From an uncultured Clostridia bacterium (GTDB lineage Bacteria > Bacillota > Clostridia > Oscillospirales > CAG-272): a stretch of 64,000 bases of DNA. A model generated the notes under the pieces. It ran no database searches, was not told the DNA's origin, and saw nothing but the letters and a program-made list of their open reading frames with translations. Position 1 is the first letter of the stretch; the number at the start of each line of letters is the position of its first letter. Location: the NCBI GenBank assembly GCA_946407735.1, contig CAMJPL010000010.1:5298-69297 (forward strand), in the 5' to 3' direction. Position numbers and translations under genes: made by a program. Shown in pieces: positions 17,677 through 27,222 of the stretch.

Positions 17677-18993
17677 TCATTCGTTTTCGGTACCGTACCA
17701 GCGTCCGCCCTGCACCTTGTCCCTGTCGCCTTCAAGAAGCTCTTTGTAGTTTCTTATGACCTTTTTGAACATATCGGCGTAGCGGTCTATCCATTCCTTG
17801 TCGTAATGCTTGAACCACGGAACGGAGAAGCAGTATTTGAACTCGCTCGGTCGGCATTTCTCGTCGTCGAGCCTGACGTCCCGGTCGTTGAAGGCGATGC
17901 GGCTCGGCTTGCCGATATTAAACAGATCGAAGTCCTTGAAGAACTTATGCGTATGCAGGCAGAAATTGCCTCCGTCCCAGCAGCCGAACCCCTCGGCTCT
18001 GACCGCTTCGCAGAATCGCTTGACGGAAAGCCCTTCAAGCTGCTCGGGATGATAGGCGCCTTGCGCGCTGTACCATCCCGCCATGTTCGACCCGGTCGAT
18101 TCGTCGACCCTGATCGGCTGGATGCCGGGAAGCCCTTCAAGCTGATCCCAGAAGTAATTCATGGCCTTTCTGATCTCGGCGCAGCGCTCGTCATAGTATT
18201 TCAGCTGAACGCGCGCGAGCGCCGAGCACAGCTGATTGGCACGTCCCTTCATTCCGCCGAGAGCTATGCTGTAATACTGCTTCAAATCGTCGCATTCCTT
18301 GATGTTGTCGGCGTTGTTCCTCTCATAATGTCCGAACGCGAGCGCTCTTTCGTAATACTTCCTGTCGTCGGTGACGAGTATACCGAGCTCGCCGGCGGCG
18401 AATGATTTTCCGCTCATCAGCGACATCGCGGCTATATCTCCGAATGTGCCGACCTTGCGTCCCTTGTACATTCCTCCCTGCGCGTGAGAGACGTCCTCTA
18501 TCACCTTCAGGTTGTGCTTTTTCGCGATCTCCATAATCGGAACCATATCGCAGGGATATCCGAAATAATGGACCACCATGATCGCTTTCGTCCTCGGCGT
18601 GATGCACCGCTCGATATCTGACGGATCGATGGACAGCATATCGTTGATATTGCAGAAGACGGCGGACGCGCCGAAATTGATCGCCTGCGAGACGGTGCCC
18701 CAGTATGTCTTTGTCGGGCAGATTATCTCATCGCCCATGCCGAGCCCGATGGCGAACATCGCGGCCGTAAGGGACGCCGTGCCGTTCGTGAAGGCGAGAG
18801 CGTACTTTCTTCCCTGCCAGGCGGCAAATTCCTCCTGAAATTTGATCGTTATATCGGTCCCGCTGAATTTATTGCCGCGGATCACCTCAAGGGCGGCGGC
18901 TTCGTCTTCTTCGGTCATGATCGGCCATTTGAAGAGACTGGCGGGAGCGTTCTGAATGGCGGGAGTTCCTCCGAATAAAGCTAATTCAGACAT
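17677..18993 (-). CDS. DegT/DnrJ/EryC1/StrS family PLP-dependent aminotransferase
   Basis: AAGGAG ribosome-binding site. LFGG start, the fold-type I pattern FTNGTASL ... DEIICP ... VVHYFG ... DVSHA, and a PLP-lysine context SLMSGKSFAAGE. Confidence 0.85.
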   Translation of the reverse strand: MSELALFGGTPAIQNAPASLFKWPIMTEEDEAAALEVIRGNKFSGTDITIKFQEEFAAWQGRKYALAFTNGTASLTAAMFAIGLGMGDEIICPTKTYWGTVSQAINFGASAVFCNINDMLSIDPSDIERCITPRTKAIMVVHYFGYPCDMVPIMEIAKKHNLKVIEDVSHAQGGMYKGRKVGTFGDIAAMSLMSGKSFAAGELGILVTDDRKYYERALAFGHYERNNADNIKECDDLKQYYSIALGGMKGRANQLCSALARVQLKYYDERCAEIRKAMNYFWDQLEGLPGIQPIRVDESTGSNMAGWYSAQGAYHPEQLEGLSVKRFCEAVRAEGFGCWDGGNFCLHTHKFFKDFDLFNIGKPSRIAFNDRDVRLDDEKCRPSEFKYCFSVPWFKHYDKEWIDRYADMFKKVIRNYKELLEGDRDKVQGGRWYGTENE

Positions 18994-19070
18994 GATGCTT
19001 ACTCCTTTTCAGCTTGGTTTTATATATTGTTTTTAACTTTTGATTTCATTTATGCGTATCGGACGGACAA

Positions 19071-21089
19071 TCACTTTTCGCGATAAGCTCTGCATCGATA
19101 ATACAGCTCTTTCAGCTGGCACCTTGTAAGCGCATCGTCGCAGTATATCTCGATCTCCGGGTTTCCGTAGCGGAGAGGGATATAATACCCCATCATTTTC
19201 TGTGCCAGCTCGTCTATCCTTGAAAAGATACCGTCTGCATCTTCTCCGTTCCTCAGAGCGTCGTAATAAATAACGAACTGAGTCATAAGCTCCATGCAGT
19301 CTTTGCCGTAATTGACATAGTTGAGATCCAGATGGAGCCGCCCGGCCACCAGTCCGGATTCCGCGCGGAGAGGATCCATGGCTGAGTCAACACTCCCGGC
19401 GTCATGAATTCCGCCGAAGCTGCGCGCGTAATACGCTTCCTCTTCATCAAGGATCTCTTTGATTGTTTCGGCGGACTTCGCGTAGAGTTCAACGCTCTTC
19501 ATGCCTTCATCTGCCGCCGTGTCTTTTAAATGCCGTTCATCATGAAGAGGCTTTTCGCTCTTTCTGCCGTCCCATCCTTTGAGCCGTGACAGGATGCTCT
19601 CGCTGTTCCATGCTCGCCAGCTGACGCAGTATTTTCCGGCTTCCTCAAGCCAGCCGTAAACCTGCCGCATCCTGTCAGCGTATACGCCGTAACGATGCCG
19701 GAAGTAATCTGACAGGATCTTTTCCACATCGGCGTTCACGTTCCAGCACAGTTCTGCGTAAAGTACCTGAGTCAGGTTTTTCACATCCCAGTGCAGCATG
19801 GGAAGATGCATATAAACCATGCCGGAAACGCCGAGAGAAGCGTAGCGGCGGAAATCACGAGGCATCGTCCGGGTGAATAGATACGGAAGGTCCTCAAATT
19901 TGGATACGTTGTAGTATTCGTTGACTCTTATCGACACATCCTTCCATCCAGAAAGCCAACGGAAATAATCACTGTTGTACCCGCATGACTCATCGTCTAT
20001 CGCGTGCGCGTAGCATCTGTTGATCGGACAGTATGTGCCGCTGTCCCGGGTATTCCTCAGATTTTTCGGAACCGGATTCAGAGGGGGACGGATATCCGAC
20101 GTTCCTTCGTACATTGAAAAGCTGATCGTCACATGCCTGTCAAGCCTGCCTTCATTATATGCCCTGTCGAAGTAATCGCGTATATATGAATTCAGGGCCA
20201 GCGTGTGATCTGATCCGCTGCCGATCTTCCGGCATTTTTCGCATGAGCATACTCCGCCCCAGGTGTCAAAGCCCCATATCGCCAGCGCGTCGGCTTCATG
20301 CCACTCGGCGCTGAGCTTTTCCACTAGCCTTTCCGAGACATATTCCAGAGCTTCCATGTTTGAGACACAAAATCCGACGCTTTGAGCGCGTTCATGCCTC
20401 CTTACGCCGTCGGCCGGAAGTCCGAACCAGTCCTCGTGAGCCTCAAAGAGTGTTTTTCCGCCCGGAATGACATAGTCGGGATCAAGGATCTCCTCAAACA
20501 CATGTCCGCCCTGTACAAAGGCTATACCGAGTTTCTGCTGCAGCTTGGGCTTCCACGGCCGGCGGGGAGCCGTGTTCAGCTTTTTCCTCGCCATCCATTT
20601 CCAGATAAACTCAGATTCCTTCAGCTCGCCGTCGAATGAATAGCCTCTGTCATGAGGGAACGAAGCCCGGTATTCATTTTCTTCCGGCATGATAAGAGTT
20701 TCAGCGTGAGAAGGAACATACTCTTCCCATGGATTGAGCCAGTAAACTCCCTGTTTTTCGAGAAACTGATACACTCCGTAAAGGACGCCGACGCGCCCGC
20801 TTCCGTCGATCGTGATCGAACCGCTCGATACACGATAAGAGAAAGCGTCTCCATCCGTATCTTTTTCGATCGTCAGGAATATACTGAACCATTCTTTTGG
20901 ATTGTCCGAAACGACGGTGTCAAAACCCATCCGCTTAAGATAGGACTCAAGCTCCTCGGCGGCGAAAGACACCGTGCACCGGCACGCCCGCTCTTTCTCA
21001 TGACGGAAATCAATCTTTTCTTCCTCATGAGCCCAGATACGGTAATTTCTGACCGCATCGGCGTAAGGAAGGATGATCGTTATCTTCAT
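19071..21089 (-). CDS. DUF4838-like glycan-active protein (family assigned from memory)
   Basis: 672 aa with no signal peptide. GVLYGVYQFLEKQGVYWLNPWEE and the Cys cluster CSCEKCRK resemble DUF4838 proteins. Confidence 0.5.
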   Translation of the reverse strand: MKITIILPYADAVRNYRIWAHEEEKIDFRHEKERACRCTVSFAAEELESYLKRMGFDTVVSDNPKEWFSIFLTIEKDTDGDAFSYRVSSGSITIDGSGRVGVLYGVYQFLEKQGVYWLNPWEEYVPSHAETLIMPEENEYRASFPHDRGYSFDGELKESEFIWKWMARKKLNTAPRRPWKPKLQQKLGIAFVQGGHVFEEILDPDYVIPGGKTLFEAHEDWFGLPADGVRRHERAQSVGFCVSNMEALEYVSERLVEKLSAEWHEADALAIWGFDTWGGVCSCEKCRKIGSGSDHTLALNSYIRDYFDRAYNEGRLDRHVTISFSMYEGTSDIRPPLNPVPKNLRNTRDSGTYCPINRCYAHAIDDESCGYNSDYFRWLSGWKDVSIRVNEYYNVSKFEDLPYLFTRTMPRDFRRYASLGVSGMVYMHLPMLHWDVKNLTQVLYAELCWNVNADVEKILSDYFRHRYGVYADRMRQVYGWLEEAGKYCVSWRAWNSESILSRLKGWDGRKSEKPLHDERHLKDTAADEGMKSVELYAKSAETIKEILDEEEAYYARSFGGIHDAGSVDSAMDPLRAESGLVAGRLHLDLNYVNYGKDCMELMTQFVIYYDALRNGEDADGIFSRIDELAQKMMGYYIPLRYGNPEIEIYCDDALTRCQLKELYYRCRAYREK

Positions 21090-21104
21090 AGCATACCGAT
21101 ATTA

Positions 21105-22595
21105 TCACTCGTTACCGGTTATCGCCTGATAAGTCTTTTCCATAGCCTTAACGGTCTTTTCCTCAGTCTTGGCGTACTTTGAAGCGAATGAAGAGGAATC
21201 GGCAATCCCGCCGCATACGGCGGAGAACATATCGCCCCAGCGGAAGGTATCTATAAGATCGTAATGTATGGTCGTGAAGATTATCTCCAGCATACGGCGG
21301 CTTTCATCATCACGGCTGACCTTTCCCTGAAGATTATGCTCGTAATACGCCTTTAGTACCGTATCCTCCGAATGATACGCGAGAGCCTCGAGAAGCGTAC
21401 CTGTCATCCCGGCATCCGGACAGGTGACGGGGATCGAAATGCCGCGCATCCTGAATATAGTGCCGAAATTCATGTAATCAGACTGATTCTCGTCATACTT
21501 AGGATAAGGAAGTATGCCGAAATCGGTGACCATATCCCTTCTCGTCTGCAGGACATATACGCTCGCCGGCTGGATCGCCACCTGATCGTTTACGAACATC
21601 TCACGGTTGGTCGTCCATGTATTCGACATTTTGTTGACATCGAGGGTCGTTTCTTTATCCGAATACAAGGCGCAGAGCTTGTCAAGGATCTCCTGGTTTC
21701 TGACTGAGTTCCCGGAAAGCTTCGGCACGCCGTTTTCAAGGCTGGCTATCTTTCCTCCGGCGTCGCAGAACATCCAGTACGCCGATTCCGGCGTATGAGT
21801 ATAGCCGAAGATATCGTTTTCGTCGAGCTTGCCGTCTCCGTTGAGATCCCTCGTTATTCCTCTGGTAAGCGAGTCCATCCTGTCGATGGTCCAGACGCCG
21901 CTTTCGACATCGGAATACGGCATCTCCATGCCGTTATCCTTCAGCAGCTTTGCGTTCACACCGAGAAAGCACTGCAGCTCTTTCGGAGACATCAGCAGAT
22001 CGCCGGCCTGCGCATATACCTTGCCGCCGACCGAGAGCTCTGTCCGAATGTTCTGATCCCACCACGGCATCAGCTGATCTATCTCCTTTATTCCGTTCAG
22101 ATCGGCCAGCATACCGTTCTGAGCGAGAGACATCGCGTCGGTTATAAGAGGTGTGGCCGCGTATACCGACTGATCTCCCGCGCTGACGATCTTTTTGAGA
22201 TTCGAGCTGAGCTTGCCGGAATCCGCCTGCTCGCTTACGATGATCTTTACGTTGTATTTTTCTTCGATGACTGAATTTCTTTGATAGACCGCGTCGTTTA
22301 TTCCCTCTCCCGACCTCTCGGCGTCATATGAGAACTCCGGGAACTGGGCGTCCTGACCGTCTGCGCCGCGCTCAAGCGCCATTATCACGAATTCGGCGCC
22401 GCCGAAATCGGCGTCTGGAACCTTCAGCGGAGGTCTTGTTTCCTCCGTCAGGCTCTCGGTATCGTCTGATATTTCGATTTCGGTCTGATCATCGGTCGCC
22501 GCAGGCGTTTCCGACGGCTTCTTCGCCGCCTCACCGCACGCGCAGAGAGCGGCAAGCAATATGGCACAAACTGCTGCCGTGTATTTTTTCTTCAT
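21105..22595 (-). CDS. Extracellular solute-binding lipoprotein, paralog 2
   Basis: GGGAGG ribosome-binding site, lipobox LCAC, linker. Paralogous to 2274-3767. Confidence 0.8.
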   Translation of the reverse strand: MKKKYTAAVCAILLAALCACGEAAKKPSETPAATDDQTEIEISDDTESLTEETRPPLKVPDADFGGAEFVIMALERGADGQDAQFPEFSYDAERSGEGINDAVYQRNSVIEEKYNVKIIVSEQADSGKLSSNLKKIVSAGDQSVYAATPLITDAMSLAQNGMLADLNGIKEIDQLMPWWDQNIRTELSVGGKVYAQAGDLLMSPKELQCFLGVNAKLLKDNGMEMPYSDVESGVWTIDRMDSLTRGITRDLNGDGKLDENDIFGYTHTPESAYWMFCDAGGKIASLENGVPKLSGNSVRNQEILDKLCALYSDKETTLDVNKMSNTWTTNREMFVNDQVAIQPASVYVLQTRRDMVTDFGILPYPKYDENQSDYMNFGTIFRMRGISIPVTCPDAGMTGTLLEALAYHSEDTVLKAYYEHNLQGKVSRDDESRRMLEIIFTTIHYDLIDTFRWGDMFSAVCGGIADSSSFASKYAKTEEKTVKAMEKTYQAITGNE

Positions 22596-22611
22596 CCCCC
22601 ATAACCTCCCG

Positions 22612-23373
22612 TTACATCAATATATCGGAATACTTTTCTATCGTGTTCTGTATCCTCCTTACCGTTCTTCCGTCAAGACGCTCGATATCTTTTCTCCCCC
22701 TCTCCATATACGCGTCGCAGTAGTCGGTCCGGTTGAACTCCACCTTTATTTCGGCGGGAAGAACGACACGGAACGGCTGCACCTCCTTTGTGATGCTCAC
22801 GGCGGATCTCGCCGCCTCGTAGATCAGCCTTTCGGCTTCATCGTCCGGAATACATTCCGCTTTCACATGACCGATGCCATATTTGACGCAGGCTGTCTTG
22901 ATATTGCCGAAGAATTCTCTTGCCTCGGCGCAGGCGGCGAAATCTCCGCTTACCATGACTATCGGTATGCCGAAGGCTCCGGAGAAGGCTCCGAGCTGCG
23001 CCATCTCGCCGCAGGCTCTGCCGTTGATATAGTAATCATGCCAAGAGACGGAGGACTGCGTATGATCGTAAAAGGCGTGTTCGGTCCCCGACTTCGCGTG
23101 TACCCCGACCATAAAGCAGGCGTCGCAGTCATATACCGGCTCGTGCGTCACCTGAACTGCGCGCGAGTCGAGCATTTCCTTGATGAAATTATTCCCTCCG
23201 CCGTGCCCGTCCTCGACGATGACCTCATCCGCCCCGCCGTCGAACGCGCCGCGGATCGCGGCGTTGGTATCGGTCATCAGACGCTCGAGAGCGTATCTGT
23301 CATTACGCTCTATCATGGATTTGTCGCTGATGCCGGAGATACCTTCCATATCAGTCTCGATATAAATCTTCAT
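22612..23373 (-). CDS. M55 family metallopeptidase (DppA-type D-aminopeptidase)
   Basis: The N-terminus MKIYIETDMEGISGI closely matches the DppA start MKLYMSVDMEGISG. Confidence 0.8.
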   Translation of the reverse strand: MKIYIETDMEGISGISDKSMIERNDRYALERLMTDTNAAIRGAFDGGADEVIVEDGHGGGNNFIKEMLDSRAVQVTHEPVYDCDACFMVGVHAKSGTEHAFYDHTQSSVSWHDYYINGRACGEMAQLGAFSGAFGIPIVMVSGDFAACAEAREFFGNIKTACVKYGIGHVKAECIPDDEAERLIYEAARSAVSITKEVQPFRVVLPAEIKVEFNRTDYCDAYMERGRKDIERLDGRTVRRIQNTIEKYSDILM

Positions 23374-23481
23374 GCGGTCATCCTTTCATGAGCGCGGCGC
23401 AATGCGGCTGTTTATCATATTATAACACAATGAAATATAAATGTGAATAGATTCTTTTATCAATATACTTGGATTATTTTA

Positions 23482-24357
23482 TCATTTTGATTCTTTTTCG
23501 GCGGTCATCTGTCTTATCCATTCTCTCGGCGGCAGGCCGGTTACGGCTCTGAATACCCTGCTGAAATACGCCGGATCGGTATATCCGACTTCGGCCGCGG
23601 CGTCGGAGACTGAGACATCCGAGGTTTTCAGCAGCGTCATAGCCTTGCTTATCCTGATCCGCATAAGATAGTCGGTCATTGTATGCCCGGTAACGAGCCT
23701 GAACAGTCTGCTGAAATGCGCGACGCTCAGCCCGCAGCTCTCGGCGAGTTCTCCGAGGGTTATATTTGTGTAATAACGGGTCCCGATCTCGGTGAGCGCC
23801 GGCCGCAGCACATCCGAATACTTGACGATATTCTCGTTTCTCGCTCCGGACTCCTTGGAATGGTATCTTATAAGCCTGCCGATAAGAAGAGAAAGATAAC
23901 CGTACACAAACGCATCGCCAGCATCATAGTCGTTTTCAAGCTCTGATATCAGAGATGAGATACTATCCGCTGTTCCGGTGTCTCCCGTGATGTGGTTGTC
24001 GATGATCACCCTGCCGCTCATAAGATTTTTAAGATGCCTGTCAAGGCCGGGGACGGCAGGATCGCACGGTATCATAAGAAGATGGTATATCGCATCTTCA
24101 TCACCGGCTGGTTTGGTCCCGTGAAGCTGACATGGGTTTATGACTGTGATATCGCCCGGACCGGCGATAAACAGATCGGCGCCGACGATTATCTCGGCAT
24201 GACCGGATAGAAACAGCTTTATTTCAAGTTCCTCATGCCATCTCGGCTCGGACAGCGTACCGGTCGTATCGCTGGACATAATCTTCGCGCTTTGATAATG
24301 AAAAGGGATCCCTGATTCCTTCGGAACTCCCAGAATCTCATGCTTTGTGTCAGACAT
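23482..24357 (-). CDS. AraC family transcriptional regulator (cupin sensor plus dual HTH)
   Basis: The C-terminal ~100 aa carry two helix-turn-helix units (LAESCGLSVAHFSRLFR ... VGYTDPAYFSRVFR). The N-terminal part is cupin-like. Confidence 0.88.
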   Translation of the reverse strand: MSDTKHEILGVPKESGIPFHYQSAKIMSSDTTGTLSEPRWHEELEIKLFLSGHAEIIVGADLFIAGPGDITVINPCQLHGTKPAGDEDAIYHLLMIPCDPAVPGLDRHLKNLMSGRVIIDNHITGDTGTADSISSLISELENDYDAGDAFVYGYLSLLIGRLIRYHSKESGARNENIVKYSDVLRPALTEIGTRYYTNITLGELAESCGLSVAHFSRLFRLVTGHTMTDYLMRIRISKAMTLLKTSDVSVSDAAAEVGYTDPAYFSRVFRAVTGLPPREWIRQMTAEKESK

Positions 24358-24418
24358 ATGATTGATATAGTAAGAAATTTACTGTCCCGATAATATATGA
24401 CAACAAATCGGAATTGAT

Positions 24419-25492
24419 CTATATTTCGGCGAATCGTATTTCTCTCAAATCGCTGAAAAGACTTTCTGCTTTATCAGTAATCGACTTTTTCATATCGGTA
24501 TCCAGCCTGCAGAACAATTCTATTTTCACAGTTTTACCCTTCTTTTTCCATCGTCCCGCTGCTTTTCCCCGGTATAAGACCGCGGGCATAACAATGCCGC
24601 TCAGCGTAAAGATTCCTCTGAGATATTCTCTTGGCAGGAATAAGCTGGATTCTTTGAAATAACCGAGCATAAGCTGATCAAAACCGCCGAGAAGAAGACA
24701 ATCCGGAATGCCGTTATGCCGTTCGATATCTCCGGAATAATACAGCGCCGTGCTGTTTATATCAATCGAATCAAGCGGAATACGGCTCATGATATCTCTT
24801 ATCTTTTTCTGAGAAAATCCGCAGTAATAAGCGGCGTCCCTGACCGATGCGGGCCCGTATGACGCGAAATACCTTCGTATTATCTCCGTTTCGGCTATTT
24901 CGGCACGAAGAGGTTCGAATATAGGTGAAAGATCATATTCCTTTCTTTCGCTGAGTCTGCAGTTTATGAATCCTCGCTCGCATAGAGTCCTGATCCCGCC
25001 GCCCCATTGATCAAACATTATTTCAACCTGTTCGTCGCTCATACCATCCGAAATACAGGCTTTTTTCAGATCATCTCTTGCGTGTATTCCGTTTTCTATA
25101 TATGATATTATCTTTTCCGACCAGTAACGCTGAATATCCGGGGCGATGATCACCTTCCCGTCAGACCCATAATATGTATCGCTGAAAGTCAGACTTCGGT
25201 AATGCTCAGGATCGTGAAGAAATACCGGGAGATCATTTTCCGCGAATATGTGCATCGTCCCGCGGACAGTCCAGTTTCTTACCATGCCGGATTCGATATC
25301 GCTGTCAAGGGAACGGATACGCAGCGAATGCAGCGAAGCCGTTATGAACTGTGACTGAAAACCGTTAAGATCACGCGCCGCGTCAAGATGACGGACGGGA
25401 GAAGTCAGGTGCTGTCGGAAAATGCGGACGGCAATCATATCATTTTCAGAAAACATATGATCAGTATTATCTGTTCTAAATCTCTTTGTCAT
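24419..25492 (-). CDS. Winged-helix DUF1006 protein, AlkZ/YcaQ-like DNA glycosylase family
   Basis: VRNWTVRGTMHIF motif and an N-terminal Q-x-Q (FQSQ at residues 45-48). The size of 357 aa fits the family. Confidence 0.6.
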   Translation of the reverse strand: MTKRFRTDNTDHMFSENDMIAVRIFRQHLTSPVRHLDAARDLNGFQSQFITASLHSLRIRSLDSDIESGMVRNWTVRGTMHIFAENDLPVFLHDPEHYRSLTFSDTYYGSDGKVIIAPDIQRYWSEKIISYIENGIHARDDLKKACISDGMSDEQVEIMFDQWGGGIRTLCERGFINCRLSERKEYDLSPIFEPLRAEIAETEIIRRYFASYGPASVRDAAYYCGFSQKKIRDIMSRIPLDSIDINSTALYYSGDIERHNGIPDCLLLGGFDQLMLGYFKESSLFLPREYLRGIFTLSGIVMPAVLYRGKAAGRWKKKGKTVKIELFCRLDTDMKKSITDKAESLFSDLREIRFAEI

Positions 25493-25594
25493 ATATTATA
25501 CACTGTTTATAACTTTTTGTAAATACTCTGGCTTAAATTCACATTGTAATCTCTTTACATTAATTGAACAATATGTAAATAAAGTCGACTTCTC

Positions 25595-25623
25595 TTGACA
25601 GCCGGATGATAAAGTGGTATAAT
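25595..25623 (+). promoter_or_regulatory. Sigma-A promoter for the tRNA-Leu / tRNA-fMet unit
   Basis: TTGACA, 17-nt spacer, TATAAT, with a TG extended -10. Confidence 0.75.
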
Positions 25624-25668
25624 ATATATGTTCAAATGAGCAAGCACCATATCGGCAATGCGGAATAT

Positions 25669-25757
25669 GCCGGATTGGCGAAATTGGTAGACGCCCGGGA
25701 CTTAAAATCCTGTGGGATTTCCCTCCCGTACCGGTTCGAGTCCGGTATCCGGCACCA
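25669..25757 (+). tRNA. tRNA-Leu (anticodon UAA), CCA encoded
   Basis: Acceptor GCCGGAU/AUCCGGC, anticodon loop CUUAAAA, long variable arm, T-arm ACCGG-UUCGAGU-CCGGU. Confidence 0.9.
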
Positions 25758-25787
25758 GAATCTCATACATTTGAACAATCAATATAT

Positions 25788-25865
<78 letters not shown>

Positions 25866-25871
25866 TGAGAG

Positions 25872-25906
25872 AAACCAGATTTGTCATCTTGACATCTGGT
25901 TTTTTT
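25872..25906 (+). terminator. Rho-independent terminator after the tRNA pair
   Basis: aaaccagat / atctggttt stem followed by a T-run. Confidence 0.7.
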
Positions 25907-25940
25907 CAGTTCTTTCAGTCGCTTTCACTGGTATGAATCA

Positions 25941-26540
25941 ATGAAAACTGAGATCGACAGCTATTATAATGCCCTTATAGATGAAAACAACGATCCCTTC
26001 CGTGACCCTGAGCCTCTGAGAAGATATATGGACAGATGGGACGGTCAGATTTTCATCGATCTTCTGACACTTACCGAGGACAAAACGGTGCTTGAAATCG
26101 GCGTCGGGACCGGACGGCTGGCCGCTAAAGCCGCATCGGGATGCAGGCATCTGACCGGTATTGATATATCCGAAAAAACCGTCATGCGTGCGAGAGAAAA
26201 TCTTTCCGGATTCGGCAATATAACTCTGATAAACGCCGATTTCAGGGATCATATCTTCGCCTCCCTATTTGACGTTGTCTATTCTTCCCTTACATTTATG
26301 CATTTCAGCGATAAGGCTCAAACGATCCGAAAGATATACACCCTGCTGAGCGGCGGCGGCGTATTTGTCCTGTCGATTGACAAAAGCCGTGACAGAACCA
26401 TTGTATGCAACGGCAGAGAAATCGAAATCTTCCCCGATGATCTGAATGAGACATGCGGATATATCACGGACACAGGACTTTGGATAACCGACATTCGGGA
26501 AACTGCTGCTGCGCATATCATCAGGTCAATAAAGGTTTGA
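25941..26540 (+). CDS. Class I SAM-dependent methyltransferase
   Basis: Motif I VLEIGVGTGRLA and a post-I acidic residue (GIDIS). Confidence 0.8.
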   Translation: MKTEIDSYYNALIDENNDPFRDPEPLRRYMDRWDGQIFIDLLTLTEDKTVLEIGVGTGRLAAKAASGCRHLTGIDISEKTVMRARENLSGFGNITLINADFRDHIFASLFDVVYSSLTFMHFSDKAQTIRKIYTLLSGGGVFVLSIDKSRDRTIVCNGREIEIFPDDLNETCGYITDTGLWITDIRETAAAHIIRSIKV

Positions 26541-26653
26541 CTCATGCATCATACCGGCAAACTTTTTTAACCCGATTGATTCACATAATATTATTGAATA
26601 CCCGCGATTGTTTTGACTGGGATTTAATTTATTATTACATTATTGTTCTGACC

Positions 26654-26682
26654 TTGAAAAGCTAATATTTTTGCTGTATAAT
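26654..26682 (+). promoter_or_regulatory. Sigma-A promoter of the marR-ABC-ABC operon
   Basis: TTGAAA, 17-nt spacer, TATAAT. Confidence 0.65.
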
Positions 26683-26689
26683 ATTTAGT

Positions 26690-26703
26690 TAGTTTCTAAA
26701 CTA
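26690..26703. promoter_or_regulatory. Candidate MarR operator palindrome
   Basis: tagttt-ct-aaacta has perfect 6-bp arms and lies between the -10 box and the marR ribosome-binding site. Confidence 0.4.
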
Positions 26704-26721
26704 ATACTGCTGGAGGCAAAA

Positions 26722-27204
26722 ATGAGAAAACGCAAGCCGGGAAAAAACGGTGATAATATCGGGACAGGACGTCACGGTGACGCCGCATCTCCGATGATGC
26801 TTATAAGAGACGTAAACAAGATGTGCGACGATCTCATACGCTCGTCGACCGAAGACAATCTTCAGGACAGCTTCAGGAACCTGCTCTTTCATCTGAATTT
26901 CAACGACGGATGCACTCAGCTTACATTGGCGAGACTTTCACATCTGAAAGCGCCGACCGTTTCCGTCACACTCCATAAGATGGAGGAAGAAGGCTATGTG
27001 ATCCGCAAAAGAAACAAAAACGACCTGAGACAGACGCTGGTATTCATAACCGATAAGGGAAAGGAGTACAACGACAGGATATACAACACCGTCAGAAGGA
27101 TCGACTCCGAGATTTTCAGCGGTATCCCCGACGATGATCAAATCAGGCTCTGCGAGATCCTTAACACCGTGATATCCAATCTTTCCGTCAATCGTGAAAG
27201 ATAA
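26722..27204 (+). CDS. MarR family transcriptional regulator
   Basis: 160 aa with the winged-helix core LTLARLSHLKAPTVSVTLHKMEEEGYVIRKRN, immediately upstream of the exporter genes. Confidence 0.8.
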   Translation: MRKRKPGKNGDNIGTGRHGDAASPMMLIRDVNKMCDDLIRSSTEDNLQDSFRNLLFHLNFNDGCTQLTLARLSHLKAPTVSVTLHKMEEEGYVIRKRNKNDLRQTLVFITDKGKEYNDRIYNTVRRIDSEIFSGIPDDDQIRLCEILNTVISNLSVNRER

Positions 27205-27222
27205 AGAGCGGAAACAAACGTT

